In this document: piece by piece, positions 47,441 through 61,300 of the stretch
Numbering within the stretch: position 1 is the stretch's first letter
Layout: the number at the start of each line of letters is the position of its first letter
Assembly (NCBI RefSeq): GCF_000143415.4
Contig: NW_003314320.1
Span: forward strand, 815,159-879,158
Reading direction: 5' to 3'
Length of the DNA stretch: 64,000 nt
DNA from: Selaginella moellendorffii
Lineage: Eukaryota; Plantae; Lycopodiophyta
The notes under the pieces: generated by a model
Told to the model about the DNA's origin: nothing
Database searches by the model: none
The model's input: the letters and a program-made list of their open reading frames with translations, nothing else
Position numbers and translations under genes: made by a program

Positions 47441-49696
47441 TTTCCAGGTGGCTAGCGAGCGAGTACGTGGGGGAGTCAAGCGAAAAGAGACAAACCCACG
47501 GATAAGAAAGTCAAGTCATATAGCAGCGTGGGAAACAACGTATGCTACAACTGCGGTGAAGCAGGACACTTTTCGAGGGAATGTCCCTACCCGAAGAAGG
47601 CCAGAGCCAATATGGCCATCAAGTCGGGTGAAGTCCAAATTGAGGTATGTGATCCAGTCCCTAACTCAAAGTTACTCATTACACGAGCAACTTTGGTAGA
47701 GAGTTGTTCGTGACATCTACTAGCCCTCCGAGGGAAGCTTGGAGGTCGCTTTGTTAAGATCCTTATTGACACGGGTGCTTCGGATAATTTTGTGGCTGCA
47801 GACATAGTCCGGCAAGCCGGACTAACGGTGTAGCGGCTAGGTGAACCAAGGACTATAGAGTTTGTTCAAGGTAGCCAAAGCATCGATGAGGTACTTCGAC
47901 AAGCGAGAGTCGAAGTAGGGACTTGGAAAGTAGACATGGACTTCATCGTGTTGGACATGGCGGGATTTGACGTGATCTTTGGGATGGACTGATTCAATCA
48001 GTTCGTGGTAGCCCTACATGGACAAGGTAGGAACCTTGTGGTATTGGCGAATGCCCAAGGAAGAAGATCCAGGGTGGAGGCCCAGGATCTGAAGGTAGGG
48101 CAATGCAAAGCCAAAGATTCGTGCCTGAACTTGGTGTCCAGAAGAGGACAACTCACTAAAGGGACCAAGGCTGCATTTTTGTGCTTACTCTCGGTGAGAA
48201 GTGACAAAAAGACTGGAACGGAAGAAGTACCTTTAGTGATCCAGCGGGTGTTGGACCAATTCCAGGATACCATGCCGGAGGAGCTACTAGCGGGGTTGCC
48301 CCCCGCACGACCGATAGAACATAAGATTGAGTTGGTCGAGAGTGCTAAGGCGGTGGTTCGTCCACCCTATTGATTGAACGAAAAAAAACTCGCGGAGCTC
48401 AAGCGCCAACTAGAGGAGTTGGTGGACAAAGGGTATGTTAGGTTGAGCAAGTCGCCGTATGGGGCGCCGGTGCTATTTGTAAAAAAGAAAGATGGATTTA
48501 TGCGCATGTGCATAGACTACCGGTTGTTTAACAAATATACCAAGAAGAACAAATACCCTTTGCCAAGGATTGAGGACTTGTTCGATAGGTTGGGAAAGGC
48601 AAAATACTTCTCGAGGATTGACCTAAGGTCAGGATACTACCAGATCAGGGTAGCTGAGGAAGATGTCGAGAAGACAATTTGTCGAACGAGGTATGGGAGC
48701 TTTGAGTTTCTGGTGATGCCCTTTGGGCTGTGCAATGCGCCGGAAACGTTTTTGGCATTGATGAACCACATCTTTGTACCCTATCTGGATCACTTCGTGG
48801 TTGTCTATATCGATGACATCCTGATTTATAGCGAGATGCTAGAGGAGCATGCCGAACACTTGGGGAAGGTGTTTGAGAAACTAAGGGGACACAAACTGTA
48901 TGCTAAAGAGAGGAGATCATTTCAGATCGAGATAAGATCTTCACTAGTAGGTTCTGGAGGACTCTCCTGGAACAGTATCGCACCAAGTTGAAATTCAGCA
49001 TAGCCTATCACCCACAGATAGGTATGGGGTATTAAGTCAAGTTTGGTGGCACTAACACTTCTTGACAGACAGACAAACGGAAAGGGTGAATAGGCAGCTG
49101 GAGGATTATTTGCGATGCTATGTCACGGGAGACCAGACCAATTGGGTAAGTCATTTGGGACTTGCAGAAATGTGTTATAACAACTCACCACATTCGAGTA
49201 TTGGGGTGAGTCCATGGGAAGTCATCAATGGGCGAGCTATTGAAGGTCCTATGGAACTCGGCGTGGCCGAGTATCATGGAGAGTTACCCGCAGTGGAGGC
49301 ATTCATGGCGGAAATACTCAACATTTGGAATCTAGTGAGGGATTCCTTGGAACGAGCTCAACAAAGGCAAACTAAGTACGCGAACCAGAAGTGCCGGGAT
49401 GTAGAGTTCCAAGCTAGGGAGAAGGTGTGGTTGAACACCAAGAACCTCAGGCTACCAAATGGGATTAGCCGGAAGTTGACCCAAAGGTAAAAATGCATGT
49501 ATTCCTGTAAATGAATTGATCTTGAGTTCCTTAAGTAGGTTTGCGGGACGAGATTGAGGCTCGAATCGGTAAAGTGGGTTACCGACTTCGACTTCCTCGA
49601 GAGATGGGGAAGATGCATCCCATGTTCCACGTGAACTTACTCAAGCCGTATTTTGAGGATCCGCTTTGCAAGGACCAAGTAAGACCTTTACTTGAG

Positions 49697-52600
49697 TGTG
49701 AGACACAAAATCCCTAGGCCCCAAAGTGGAGCCGGAAAGGGTGCCACGTGGTAGTGGCTGAAGCGAGAGCCAAACGAGCGTAACACGTTTGGACCAAAAG
49801 CTCCGACTTGAAAAGTCAAGAGCGGGAGTGGAACTCCCAACGAAGTGCTCGAGGAACGAGCACGAAGCGAGCAAAAAGCGAGGCTCCAAAAAGGGACCCA
49901 AAAGGACCAATACATGACACGTGGAAGTGGAGTCTGAGATGGACTCGAGTTGGAGTCCGAAGTGGAGTCCGAGATGGACTCGAGTTGGAGTCCGAAGTGG
50001 AGTCCGAGATGGACCCGAGTTGGAGTCCGAAATGGAGTCCGAGATGGACCCGAGATGGAGTCCGAGATGGAGTCCGAGATGGACCCGAGATGGAGTCCGA
50101 GATGGAGTCCGAGGTGGACCCGAGATGGACCCGAAATGGAGTCCGAGATGGAGTCCGAGATGGACCCGAGATGGAGTCCGAGATGGAGTCCGAGATGGAC
50201 CCGAGATGGAGTCCGAGATGGAGTCCGAAGTCGAGACCGAGACCGAGACCGAGACCGAGATCGGGACCGAGACCGAGACCGAGGCCGAGGCCGAGACCGA
50301 GCCCGAGCCCGAGTCCGAGTCCGAGTCCGAGTCCGAGTCCGAGTCCGAGTCCGAGTCCGGAGCCTGAGAGGGTGAAAGCCCAAAGCGTTCGTCTCCCAGA
50401 CCTTGGGGGGTTTGGTGAGCTCCAAAAGTATAGTAGGGGGAGGACTGCAGGGGAGCCAGTTTGGCCAGGAAAGGCCAGTTTGGCCCAGGAAGGCCGGACC
50501 CAGTGTTGGGTGATGAGCTGCCCACTGGGAAGTCCAAGACTAGAGTGAACACAGACCGACAAGCGGGGTAGCTTGGTGAAGTGTTCAAGAGCCGGCTCTA
50601 GTTCCCCCGGGAGATCGACTGGCCGATGCTCCCAGTCCAAGTGTGGGTGGCACTACCTACTTGGATACCTGGTGTGGCTCAACGGAACCCGCTCTAAGCC
50701 CATGGCTAGAGCACCCAAGGGCAGAAGGCGAGGAGAGTACCCAGGTGGCTCGCGTAAGGCCACGGTGTTCCGAAATGTTGTCCCAAAGGCCCAGACTGTG
50801 GAAAGGAAGAGGAGCAGTCCTCTAGGGTAGTGACCAAGGACACAGTCGTGTGGTGAGGAAGTCCCAGAGGACCGTGGGACTTAGTGGTCGGGCCTGTGGG
50901 TCTCGATCCAGTGGCAGTGTTGGCAAACACGGCCAGGGGCAGAAAGGGACTTAGTGGGGACTGACAGAGGGATATTGGGGAAGGCTATTCCCCTTGTCGG
51001 TGGGCATCCTAAGGATGCTAAGGAGTGGATCTGAGATGACCACTCACGGATGGTTTGCCTAGTCTTGGAGAGCCAAGACGGTGATGCAAGTGGTATTGGA
51101 CTACCAGTGTGGCAAAGGTTATTGGGCATGGCCTTAGCGTAACGGGCTGCTATGTCGGTGGTACCTTTGAGTGTCAGTCATGGGATCGGACACGTGGAGC
51201 ACTTGGACCAAGTGCAAATGTTGAGTGGCATGGATGCCATTCTCGGGGCTAGCAAGTCCCAAGTCCTAGATTGGATTTATGGAGGTTGTGAATGAGACTC
51301 CTCCAAGTGGTCAGAGGTGTGGTTAAGTGACTAAAGTAGAATGGAAAATTTAGTCGCTTACAATTTGGTATCGGAGCTGTTCCTTAGTCCGACTTTTATT
51401 GGTGCTCAAGTATATCACCACTGGTGTTGGCAACAGAAGGTCCGAGAAGTGGGCCTATCCTTGAGGAGTAGCAGGTCGGGAAGATATGGCTCTTCATTAC
51501 AGTTCATGTGTGAACTTGTAGACAAGGTGGTGGATAGAAAAGGGCCAATAATGGAACGACTTTGGGATCTTGGGAACAGTATATGGTTTTCCTCGAAGAG
51601 TTGAGGATGTGATCCAGAGGAGCGTTTGACTTAGCAAACTGGCTAATGTAGTTGTGGTAAACAACTACAGTTGGGATCACGGGAAAGATAAAGACTCCAA
51701 AGCAATAAAGGAGTCACAAGATTTTCCTCATATAGTTGAGGTTGGTGCTCATGAATGTGAGACCAGAAGTAATGACTATGGGAGGTCAAATACGGAAGAG
51801 GACTCAAGTCCTTGAAAAGGTAGCCGGGGCTACCTCTAATAAATGCTGGAACAACCCAAGGAGTTGGGGGTGTATTAAGTGGATGAGTTGGTATTCTCAT
51901 CACATGGACAAGTAGTCCTAAGGGGCAAAGGTTGCCCCCAAAGAACAAAATCAAGTGTCGGAGTAACACTTGTGAAAATAGTCCTTTTGAGTAGGACAGG
52001 AATGCAAGAAGTGTATTCCAGTGAGCTAGTGCCTCACAAGTAGGACCTTACGGGTCTGTGGATTAACCAAGTCCAAAACTGCTGGATGACTCAAGTAGAG
52101 TCAAGGGATGGTCCTAAAAGGACTGATGGAAGCATTTGGACTGAGGTGTGTTGTACCCCACAAAGGATGGGGGGGGGGATCATAGGATCCAAGGATGAGA
52201 ACAGAGGGTATCTCATCGATGGCAAAATGTGCCATGCTAAAGTCGTGGGAAAGGTGTTCCCAAAAAGAAAACAACTTTGACACAAAGTTGTGTGTGACCT
52301 CTATGGTGTAGTGCTAACGGATGGTTGGCATGAGAAAGAGTGGCATTGGTCTTGGCAAAGACTTAGACACAAAGAAGAAGTGTCATAGAGGTAGGCTCGT
52401 GGAGCCGATGGTGTGGAGACACCAAATGTGCCAAGGTGTGATACCTTGAGGCTATGTTGGTGGGTTCATGAGAACCCCTTGCCAAAAGAATCCCAATGGA
52501 AATGGGAATGGCATGGCCTAAGCTGCAGAGCATGCAGTTGGAGTGCGGTGACCCAGATAATGATGGAGGTGTGAAAGCACCAAGCAATGAGTTGTAGGAC

Positions 52601-55600
52601 TTGACAACTATGAGGCAACTAAGCAAGAGGTGCAAAATAACTGGTTAAACTGGTAGAAGGTAGCTACCCAAGACTTCTAGCATAGGGAGGTCGGATATAC
52701 CCTTGCGGGGGATAAGTTGCTTGTGTTGCGATATAGTAAGTCAATGTCATAAAAGGAAATACTCATTGTCAAGAAAGCCATCATTGGGACACCCAAACAC
52801 TCTAGAACACCAGAAGGTGGTGTTTTATGTCGCGAGGGCACTGGATAAAGCCCAAGGGACTAAGTCCCTAGTGAATGATGGATAGAAGGTGCTATCCAAA
52901 TGTCCAAGGTTGCGGAGACAGGAGAGGACTGTCTACCCGAGTTGGACAAAGCCAAAAATGGAATTTTGGCAAGGCTAGTGATGGGCATGTAAAGGCCCAT
53001 AAGCAACAATGTAATCCCAGTGTGTGGGATTATAAGGTGAGCATACCCGGATTGAGGAACCACTCCCTAGGCTTTTGGGTAGGTTCATCCCTAAGAATAC
53101 TTGCTAAAGCATGATAGAAAGTGCAAAGCTATCCTCCTGGTCTGGAGGAGAATGACCAAAGGAAAGGTGTGAAGCCAAAAAGCAAGAAGTAAGGGGATAG
53201 AACCGAACCGTAGGAATCAAAGGGCATAACCAAGGTTGGTTATGCCAGCTGGGAGTGGAGAATCAAGTGGGGGCTCAAGGGTGTTGCCGCTAGCAACCGT
53301 GATGCCATGGAGAGTCTAAAATATGGAATTGTCCATGTTAGACTATGTGGCATTTGGAAAGCTTGCAAAAAGGGAGGCCTTAGCAAGCTGAGGGACAGAG
53401 TTCCTTCAAGGTTCCCAAAGACGATTCTAGGTAGCTTAGTACCTAGAAAGGCCAAGTGTAAATGGTTCATGGAACGCGCGAAATCAGAGTGGCGCAGCAG
53501 AAGCGTGGTCTTGAAGCTTGCCATGAGGCAAGGCTATCAAGGTTAGGGAAGTAGTTCCCGAGTGTTCAAGGAGAGGGCTTTGAACGAAAGTCGATGGTCA
53601 AAGACTTTCACGCTTATGCAGGAACCATGTTGCAGTGGTCGGAGGACTTGCCAAGCGAGATTGGCACGTCGGGGGAACAAATACCCTAGTTGAAGGTGAT
53701 AACTTCAAAAAGGGTGGGCCATGGGGCCGAGCATGGAGGAGTCCATGCATGATCACAGACATGTCAAGTGAGAGGACTTGGCAGTGTGGAGGAACTAGGT
53801 TCCTAAGCTGTGATCTGTAGCGCGCTTTAAAAATAAGTTGGTGCACCGGCGTGGGGAGTCACGCCAGGCATCTTGTGTGATGCCGTCCGTAGATGCATAT
53901 ACGGAGGTTGGGTTCGAGTCCCGACCCTCTAGTGCTTGGGTTCGAGTCCCAAATCACTAGGGCGTGGTGATGGTTTGGAATATGAGGACACTCATATTTC
54001 GGTGGTCATGGACTCTCAGTGGGGAGACTGGTTTGGGCACACCGCCAAGCGAGGGATGCCTCGGAGTCGTGATGCACGGTTAGATTGCTTAGAGTGAAAG
54101 CTCGGCATATCTAACTTGAATGCTTTGGTGCAAGTGGCACCAAGGTCGTGGTGAGTGAGATGGGGACACCTAATCTCAGTTGCTATGAACCCTTTGCCGT
54201 AAGGGCTGGCTTGGGTGCACCGCCAAGTGTGGGGGATGCCCCCGGGGTTATAGTCAACAACTTGGAGGTCTAGAAGACCAAGTACCTCTTGGCAACTCTG
54301 TTAAGGTGCCAAGGTGAGATCACTAGGTGATCTTATGGCCAGATAAGGACAAGGTCCTTGGTTGGCTAAGGAATGAAGTTCCTGGTTCAAAATGTTGAAA
54401 TTGAACTGTTTAAGGTGGTGTGGCTTGGTCGTGATGACCAAGTGGGAAGAGCACCTAAGGGAAATAAACTATGTCCGTGCGATGGCATAGTGAGTCCGAG
54501 GAAAGTAGTTTCTATAAAAGACCCATGGGAGGGTCACGAAGTTGGGCCGTGGATAGAGCCCATAGCAGAAGATGCTAAAGAGACGTACTAGGGGTGAACA
54601 TCCTCCGGACTTGGCAAAGAAGAGTCTTTGCTATGGAATCGAAACAATACCTCAAGAAGGGAGGTAGAGATTCGATGTTGCTTGGTGCAACAATCAACGG
54701 ATAGGAGCGAAAGATGAGTGGCCAAGATAGGGCCGTGGAATCCCTTGGAAGGAATCCAAGTGACAAAGTTAGGCGAGGAACACTAATGTGTTGGATGCTA
54801 ACAAGTTGCGGGAAAGGAAGTGTGTTTCCAAGGAGGGATTCCGAAATGCTCCGATTTGGCAAAAGTGGAAGCTCCAAGGGAGGGAGCGGTAAGGTAGCCA
54901 AATGATAGGGCCATGAACAGCCCTAGCACAAAGTATGATAACTGGAACTTGGGCACGAAATAGAAGAGAGGATGATGGTGCCCTCGAGTAGAGAACTTCC
55001 TAGGATGGGAAGTGGAGTTGCACAAAAAGGTGCAAGGCAAGGTGTCGGAGACACCTAGGAAATTGACTCCAAGAAGTCAAAATTCAAAGTTCCAAAGTGC
55101 AAAGGTTATATCGATGGAAATTGAGACTACTCGAGAAGGAGTAGTGGGATTGACTTAGAGAAGGGTCTCTAAGAGGTTTAGCGAGGACTAAACCAATAAA
55201 AGGAGGGAACCACTACATGTGGTCCAATCAGTCTCTAAGTTGGAGAGACTACCCTCCTTAGAGGATAGGCAAGGCATGGTGAGCCTTTGGTGTCAAACCA
55301 TGGAGGCATATGCAAAAGGCATGGTGAGCCTTCAATGTCAAACCATTGACGAATATGGAGAAGGCATGGTGAGCCTTCAATGTCAAACCATTGACAAATA
55401 TTGGCTAGGTGCCAAGGATGGAAAAGGTAACACACGCGAGTATTACTTTACAAAATGGTTTACCGTTCAATGAGGACATCGAACTTCGTCTATGGGTGGT
55501 GGAGTTGTGAGACACAAAATCCCTAGGCCCCAAAGTGGAGCCGGAAAGGGTGCCACGTGGTAGTGGCTGAAGCGAGAGCCAAACGAGCGTAACACGTTTG

Positions 55601-57200
55601 GACCAAAAGCTCCGACTTGAAAAGTCAAGAGCGGGAGTGGAACTCCCAACGAAGTGCTCGAGGAACGAGCACGAAGCGAGCAAAAAGCGAGGCTCCAAAA
55701 AGGGACCCAAAAGGACCAATACATGACACGTGGAAGTGGAGTCTGAGATGGACTCGAGTTGGAGTCCGAAGTGGAGTCCGAGATGGACTCGAGTTGGAGT
55801 CCGAAGTGGAGTCCGAGATGGACCCGAGTTGGAGTCCGAAATGGAGTCCGAGATGGACCCGAGATGGAGTCCGAGATGGAGTCCGAGATGGACCCGAGAT
55901 GGAGTCCGAGATGGAGTCCGAGATGGAGTCCGAGGTGGACCCGAGATGGACCCGAAATGGAGTCCGAGATGGAGTCCGAGATGGACCCGAGATGGAGTCC
56001 GAGATGGAGTCCGAGATGGACCCGAAATGGAGTCCGAGATGGACCCGAGATGGAGTCCGAGATGGAGTCCGAAGTCGAGACCGAGACCGAGACCGAGACC
56101 GAGATCGGGACCGAGACCGAGACCGAGGCCGAGGCCGAGACCGAGCCCGAGCCCGAGTCCGAGTCCGAGTCCGAGTCCGAGTCCGAGTCCGAGTCCGGAG
56201 CCTGAGAGGGTGAAAGCCCAAAGCGTTCGTCTCCCAGACCCTGGGGGGTTTGGTGAGCTCCAAAAGTATAGTAGGGGGAGGACTGCAGTGGAGCCAGTTT
56301 GGCCAGGAAGGGCCAGTTTGGCCCAGGAAGGCCGGACCCAGTGTTGGGTGATGAGCTGCCCACTGGGAAGTCCAAGACTAGAGTGAACACAGACCGACAA
56401 GCGGGGTAGCTTGGTGAAGTGTTCAAGAGCCGGCTCTAGTTCCCCCGGGAGATCGACTGGCCGATGCTCCCAGTCCAAGTGTGGGTGGCACTACCTACTT
56501 GGATACCTGGTGTGGCTCAACGGAACCCGCTCTAAGCCCATGGCTAGAGCACCCAAGGGCAGAAGACGAGGAGAGTACCCAGGTGGCTCGCGTAAGGCCA
56601 CGGTGTTCCGAAATGTTGTCCCAAAGGCCCAGACTGTAGAAAGGAAGAGGAGCAGTCCTCTAGGGTAGTGACCAAGGACACAGTCGTGTGGTGAGGAAGT
56701 CCCAGAGGACCGTGGGACTTAGTGGTCGGGCCTGTGGGTCTCGATCCAGTGGCAGTGTTGGCAAACACGGCCAGGGGCAGAAAGGGACTTAGTGGGGACT
56801 GACAGAGGGATATTGGGGAAGGCTATTCCCCCTGTCGGTGGGCACCCTAAGGATGCTAAGGAGTGGATCTGAGATGACCACTCACGGATGGTTTGCCTAG
56901 TCTTGGAGAGCCAAGATGGTGATGCAAGTGGTATTGGACTACCAGTGTGGCAAAGGTGATTGGGCATAGCCTTAGCGTAACGGGCTGCTATGTCGGTGGT
57001 ACCTTTGAGTGTCAGTCATGGGATCGGACACGTGGAGCACTTGGACCAAGTGCAAATGTTGAGTGGCATGGATGCCATTCTCGGGGCTAGCAAGTCCCAA
57101 GTCCTGGATTGGATTTATGGAGGTTGTGAATGAGACTCCTCCAAGTGGTCAGAGGTGTGGTTAAGTGACTAAAGTAGAATGGAAAATTTAGTCGCTTACA
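49697..57200 (+). mobile_element. Intact young non-autonomous LTR element (LARD-like, family A) with TSD TTGAG
   Basis: LTRs 49697-51362 and 55506-57200 (TG...CA, near identical); TSD 49692-49696 and 57201-57205; PBS TGGTATCGGAGC 51366-51377; PPT 55492-55505; 4.1 kb internal region without recognisable gag/pol ORFs. Confidence 0.95.
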
Positions 57201-57224
57201 TTGAGGTTATCCAAGGGGAAAAGG

Positions 57225-57390
57225 AATACGAAGTCGAGGCCATCCTCAATGCGCGCAAGAGCAAGCGACAAGGACGCGAGGTGAGAGAGTTCCATATGAA
57301 GTGGAAAGGATTTCCACACTGCGAAGCAACATAGGAACCGGAGGAGAACCTAGTGAACGCGCGAGATCTAGTGGAGGAATTTCTGCAAGG
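57225..57390 (+). pseudogene. Integrase C-terminal chromodomain of family B
   Basis: EYEVEAILNARK...REFHMKWKGFPHCEAT*EPEENLVNARDLVEEF. Confidence 0.9.
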
Positions 57391-58399
57391 TAGAACTCTA
57401 TGTACTTATGCAAAGTTCAATTAAAGTATCAATTTGTGAAGTTGAGCAATGGCATATGTTGGGATCCAAAGGCACGCCGAAGGTAAGCTAATTAGCATGG
57501 GTTAGCCAGGTCGACCAGGCGTAAGAAGCTACGCCCGACTCCCTGCGGGGATGTCAAATCTGTAGACGTATTCTATGGAGGTTGGGTTCGAGTCCCAACC
57601 CCCTAGTAAAGCAAGGCTAGGTTCAAGTCCCAACCCTATACTAGGGCGTGGTGAGGTGAGGAGTATAGGGACACCTATATTCCGTTGTCATGGGCTCTTG
57701 GCCAGGGAGGCTAACTTAGGCACACCGCTAAGTGGGGAATGCCCCCGGAGACATGGTCAACAAGTGGTAGGATCAAAAGAGAAACGTTTGATGTGGGCAT
57801 CGAACTTCTTTTATGGGTGGTGGAGTTGTAAGGAACCAACTCGCCGAGGTGTCGTAGGCTAAAGGAACCCCGAAAGCATGACCAAAATGACAAAGAGTTC
57901 ATCGGATGGGACCAAGTCGAAGATCAAGTCCAAGACCGACTCGGAGACCGAGTTCGAGATAGAGTCCGGAATCGAGTCCAAGGCCGACTCGGGGACCGAG
58001 TTCAAGACCAAGTTCGAGATGGAGTCCGAGATCAGAAATCGGGTCCGAGATTGAGTCCGAGATCGAGTCCGAGGTCAGGTCCGAGATCGGGTCCGAGATC
58101 GAGTCCGAGATCGAGTCCGAGACCGAATTCGAAGTTGGATCCGAAATTGAGTCCGAGATTGAGCCAGAGACTAAGTCCAAATACTAATACGGGTCAAGGG
58201 GTAAAAGCCCAAAGCGTGCGTCTCCCGAGGGGGGGGGGGGGGGGGCTGCAGGGGGGGTTCCAAAAGTATAGTAGGGATAGTGAGGTCCAGGAACCAGTTT
58301 TGAAAGGACTCTTCAGTGGGGTTTCCAAACCGACTTGAGGTTTAGTCAAAGCTTGAGGTTTAGTCAAAGATGAGACCGAAAATAGAGTCGTCGGGGACG

Positions 58400-61300
58400 A
58401 AGGATCAAACACGTAAATCATCTTCTCTTCTTGGAAAGATGATTTGCAATGAGGTGTTAACTCATTGCTCGTGTTCACATTATGCAATCAAGAGTCCCTA
58501 CCTTGATGCATGTTGGAAATGATCGTCTTACAAGTGGTGAGTCATGGGATGGATAGCAGTGAAACGTTATATCATTTTGTCTAAGCTTGCTATGGAAGAC
58601 TAGGGTTGCAATGCTCAATTCTTTTTCGGGGAACCTTGCTATTGCTCTTTGAATAACTTGGTGTTGGACTAGTTTTGAGTTTGGTCAAAAAGAGAGTGGC
58701 ATGAGCTTATCCATGTTGTGAACAAAAGTTAGTGGTGTTAAGTGTTGTAAGTCTCTATCGATGGAGTGTGGCATTTGTGTTGCATTTTGTTGAATCGAGT
58801 TGGCACTTGATAATCACATAAACCTTTGAAGTAATGGCATTGGCATTGCTCGTGGTGTTGCTTAATTGATGATCAAGTCATTGCGATTTTATATCATATC
58901 CATATGATAATGAGAAATGGTTTACGAAGTTGCTTGGTTAAACGATGATCAACCCCAAAGTGGTTGATAGTGAAGCTAGTCTACTTGCACGAAGTAGCAT
59001 TATAGTAGCTTTGACTGGATTCTCGATAGTGGTCCATTATACTAAGTTTAAGTTGGTTCTTTATTTCCTTGAGGGTTTGCCCATAACGTGATGGAAAAGG
59101 GTTATAACATTCATTTGCTATAACTTGTTGAATGATTCGTTAGCACTTAGAGTAGATTATTGAATGGAGAAGGTGTGTAGTTGAGGCATTAACATTGCTA
59201 GCACTTGTGTTAGTGAAAATGGCATTGATGTTCAAGTGATGAGGAATTTTCCTTAGAGTTTGATTTTCCATGTCATTTTTTTTGTTAGTGTTTTAGTTTC
59301 ACATTGGATCTTGAAGGTAGTTAAAAAGAGTGTTAGTGCAATGTGGATATCCAAAGATGTGGTCTTCGTGATCAAGCCTTGGATGTTCACTTTGCAGTTT
59401 TGTGGATGTTGGATTTGGATGTCGGAGGTATGGGCAAAAGATATTCGAGGCTTAAGCATACTATGGGTCATGAGAATTTGTGTTGAGGTGAATCTATATG
59501 AAGTTGTTAGTAGGAGGAAGTTGGTTGAGTTTTGAAAATTTGTATTCCTGGACTGAGAGTTATTCTTTTTTTAGGATGGAAAATTTTCCACAAATTTTCT
59601 TAGACTTTTCCAATGGCTGATCTATTGATCACTTTGTTCGAAAACCATTCCGTTTTCGAAAGCCATTACAAACTAGTGAAGGGGTTGGAGTTGACTTCAG
59701 TTGGCTTAGACTTTAGTAGGTAGTTTGTATGATGTAGCCCGAAAGGGATGCTAACTTTTGGGGTTAAGGCAATTGAATGTAAGTTCTTGAATTTGGACTT
59801 CCCGGGAGGTCACCCAGCCTAGTATTATTCAAACCCAAGGACACTTAACCCCAAATATCCCAAGACCCTTAACCAATTGGAAAAAGGGGTGCACTCTTAT
59901 TCATGGGCCCTTTCCCTCTATATTTAAACCCTATGGATCGTCTCTCAAGTCGTTCCCTTTGGTTGCTTACAATCCACCACGCTTCCCTGCAAGTTCACGC
60001 CCTCGTGAACGGAAGCTGAGAGCCGCAGCTCTCCCGAGAGCCCCGCTCTCTTGACACCCTACCCCTCAGGTCGAGCCCAGCGGGAGCAAACTGGACCAGC
60101 CAGATGTCAATCAACATATGGTGTGATTCCCCTAGCCAACCAACAAAGTCCTAAATTTCCTGAATTTGGACTTCCCGGGAGGTCACCCAGCCCAGTATTA
60201 TTCAAACCCAAGGACGCTTAACCCCAAATATCCCAAGACCCTTAACCAATTGGAAAAGGGGGTGCACTCTTATTCATGGGCCCTTTCCCTCTACATTTAA
60301 ACCCCATGGATCGTCTCTCAAGTCGTTCCCTTTGGTTGCGTACATTGAATTGGATAGAGTTTGGAGTTAGTGTAGAAAAGTGGCCGTTGCATTTTCTGAG
60401 AAAGGTGACCCTTGTGCCTTTTTTCTGTAGCGTTCTGCTTGGTGGCAGGTTGCACCTTGCATTTTGTTAGACTCTATGAGAGTAGTGAGCTCTCACTCAT
60501 CTTAACTTAGTCTTGGTGTCCCTGCGCCTTGGCTGAGGGTGGTAATGTCCAACTTAGTTGTTTGAGTTTGAGATGTTAGTACCTGTACTATAGTTTTGTC
60601 TATGAGGAGGTTGTGTACTGATATGAGTCTATTTCATAGTCTTCACTTGAGTTTCGACTTAGTGTTGGTCATGTATAGCTAGCCTCTTCAAGGCATGCTC
60701 AGAGCTATTGACTAAACATGTTGGTGAGCTTATTACAGTTGAGTTGGATTCTAATGGTCATTTAGTTTGTACTTGTCCATGAACCTTTATCTCGTGCTTG
60801 GGGTTTTATGTTTATATTGGACAAGTATATAATTTGATGGCATGAGTTTAGTGTTTAGATCTTGTGAAGGCAAGTTGAAAGAGTGATTGTTAATTGTTTT
60901 GCGACTAGTGATTGTTTGTAGACTTTGTCAAAGACCATTAACATTTGCTTCACTTGATGATGATTTAGTAGTGATAGGCTTGTTTTACCGGATGGTGTTG
61001 TGGAGGATCGTGTCGTTAGACTTACATAGGTTTTCCATATTGGCATATCGACTCTACCTCTATTGATATCATTTGGTTGCGTTTAGTTCGTGGTGTTGGA
61101 TTTCATTGAGTCTGGACATGGTGAATCACTCCTTGATGATGTGTTATCCGTACCTGAGTAATGTTGAAGAATTGGTCTTGGATACTGAGTAAAGTATCTT
61201 TGACCTTGGTTAGCTTAGTTGCTAGAGAGTTTTGAGTGGTGATTCACTCTTTCTTTCTTCTAGCTTTATTGTGGTGTTGATAGCATTGAAGTGATGCCTT

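Larger units (their letters stand above)
47445..58345 (+). mobile_element. Family B chromovirus copy (gag end-PR-RT, deletion, INT, chromodomain, PPT, partial 3' LTR), split by element A
   Basis: CYNCGEAGHFSRECP, LIDTGAS, RMCIDYR, YIDDIL, HPMFHVNLLKPY; chromodomain after the insertion; PPT TGGGTGGTGGAGT then LTR at 57827. Confidence 0.9.

Noticed and set aside
49641-50640. Long RS/SD/GL-rich ORFs in several frames (also 573-1364 and 55405-56478)
   Set aside because: By-products of stop-free hexamer arrays in LTR A, not SR proteins
51224-51244. GAGTGGCATGGATGCCATTCTC palindrome in LTR A as a member of the 22-bp family
   Set aside because: It shares only TGGCAT/ATGCCA arms with a 2-nt centre and lacks the GWGGCCWC core and spacing
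51363-55505. Short ORFs in the LARD internal region as cargo genes
   Set aside because: All are about 110 aa or less, with no motifs or consistent splice chain
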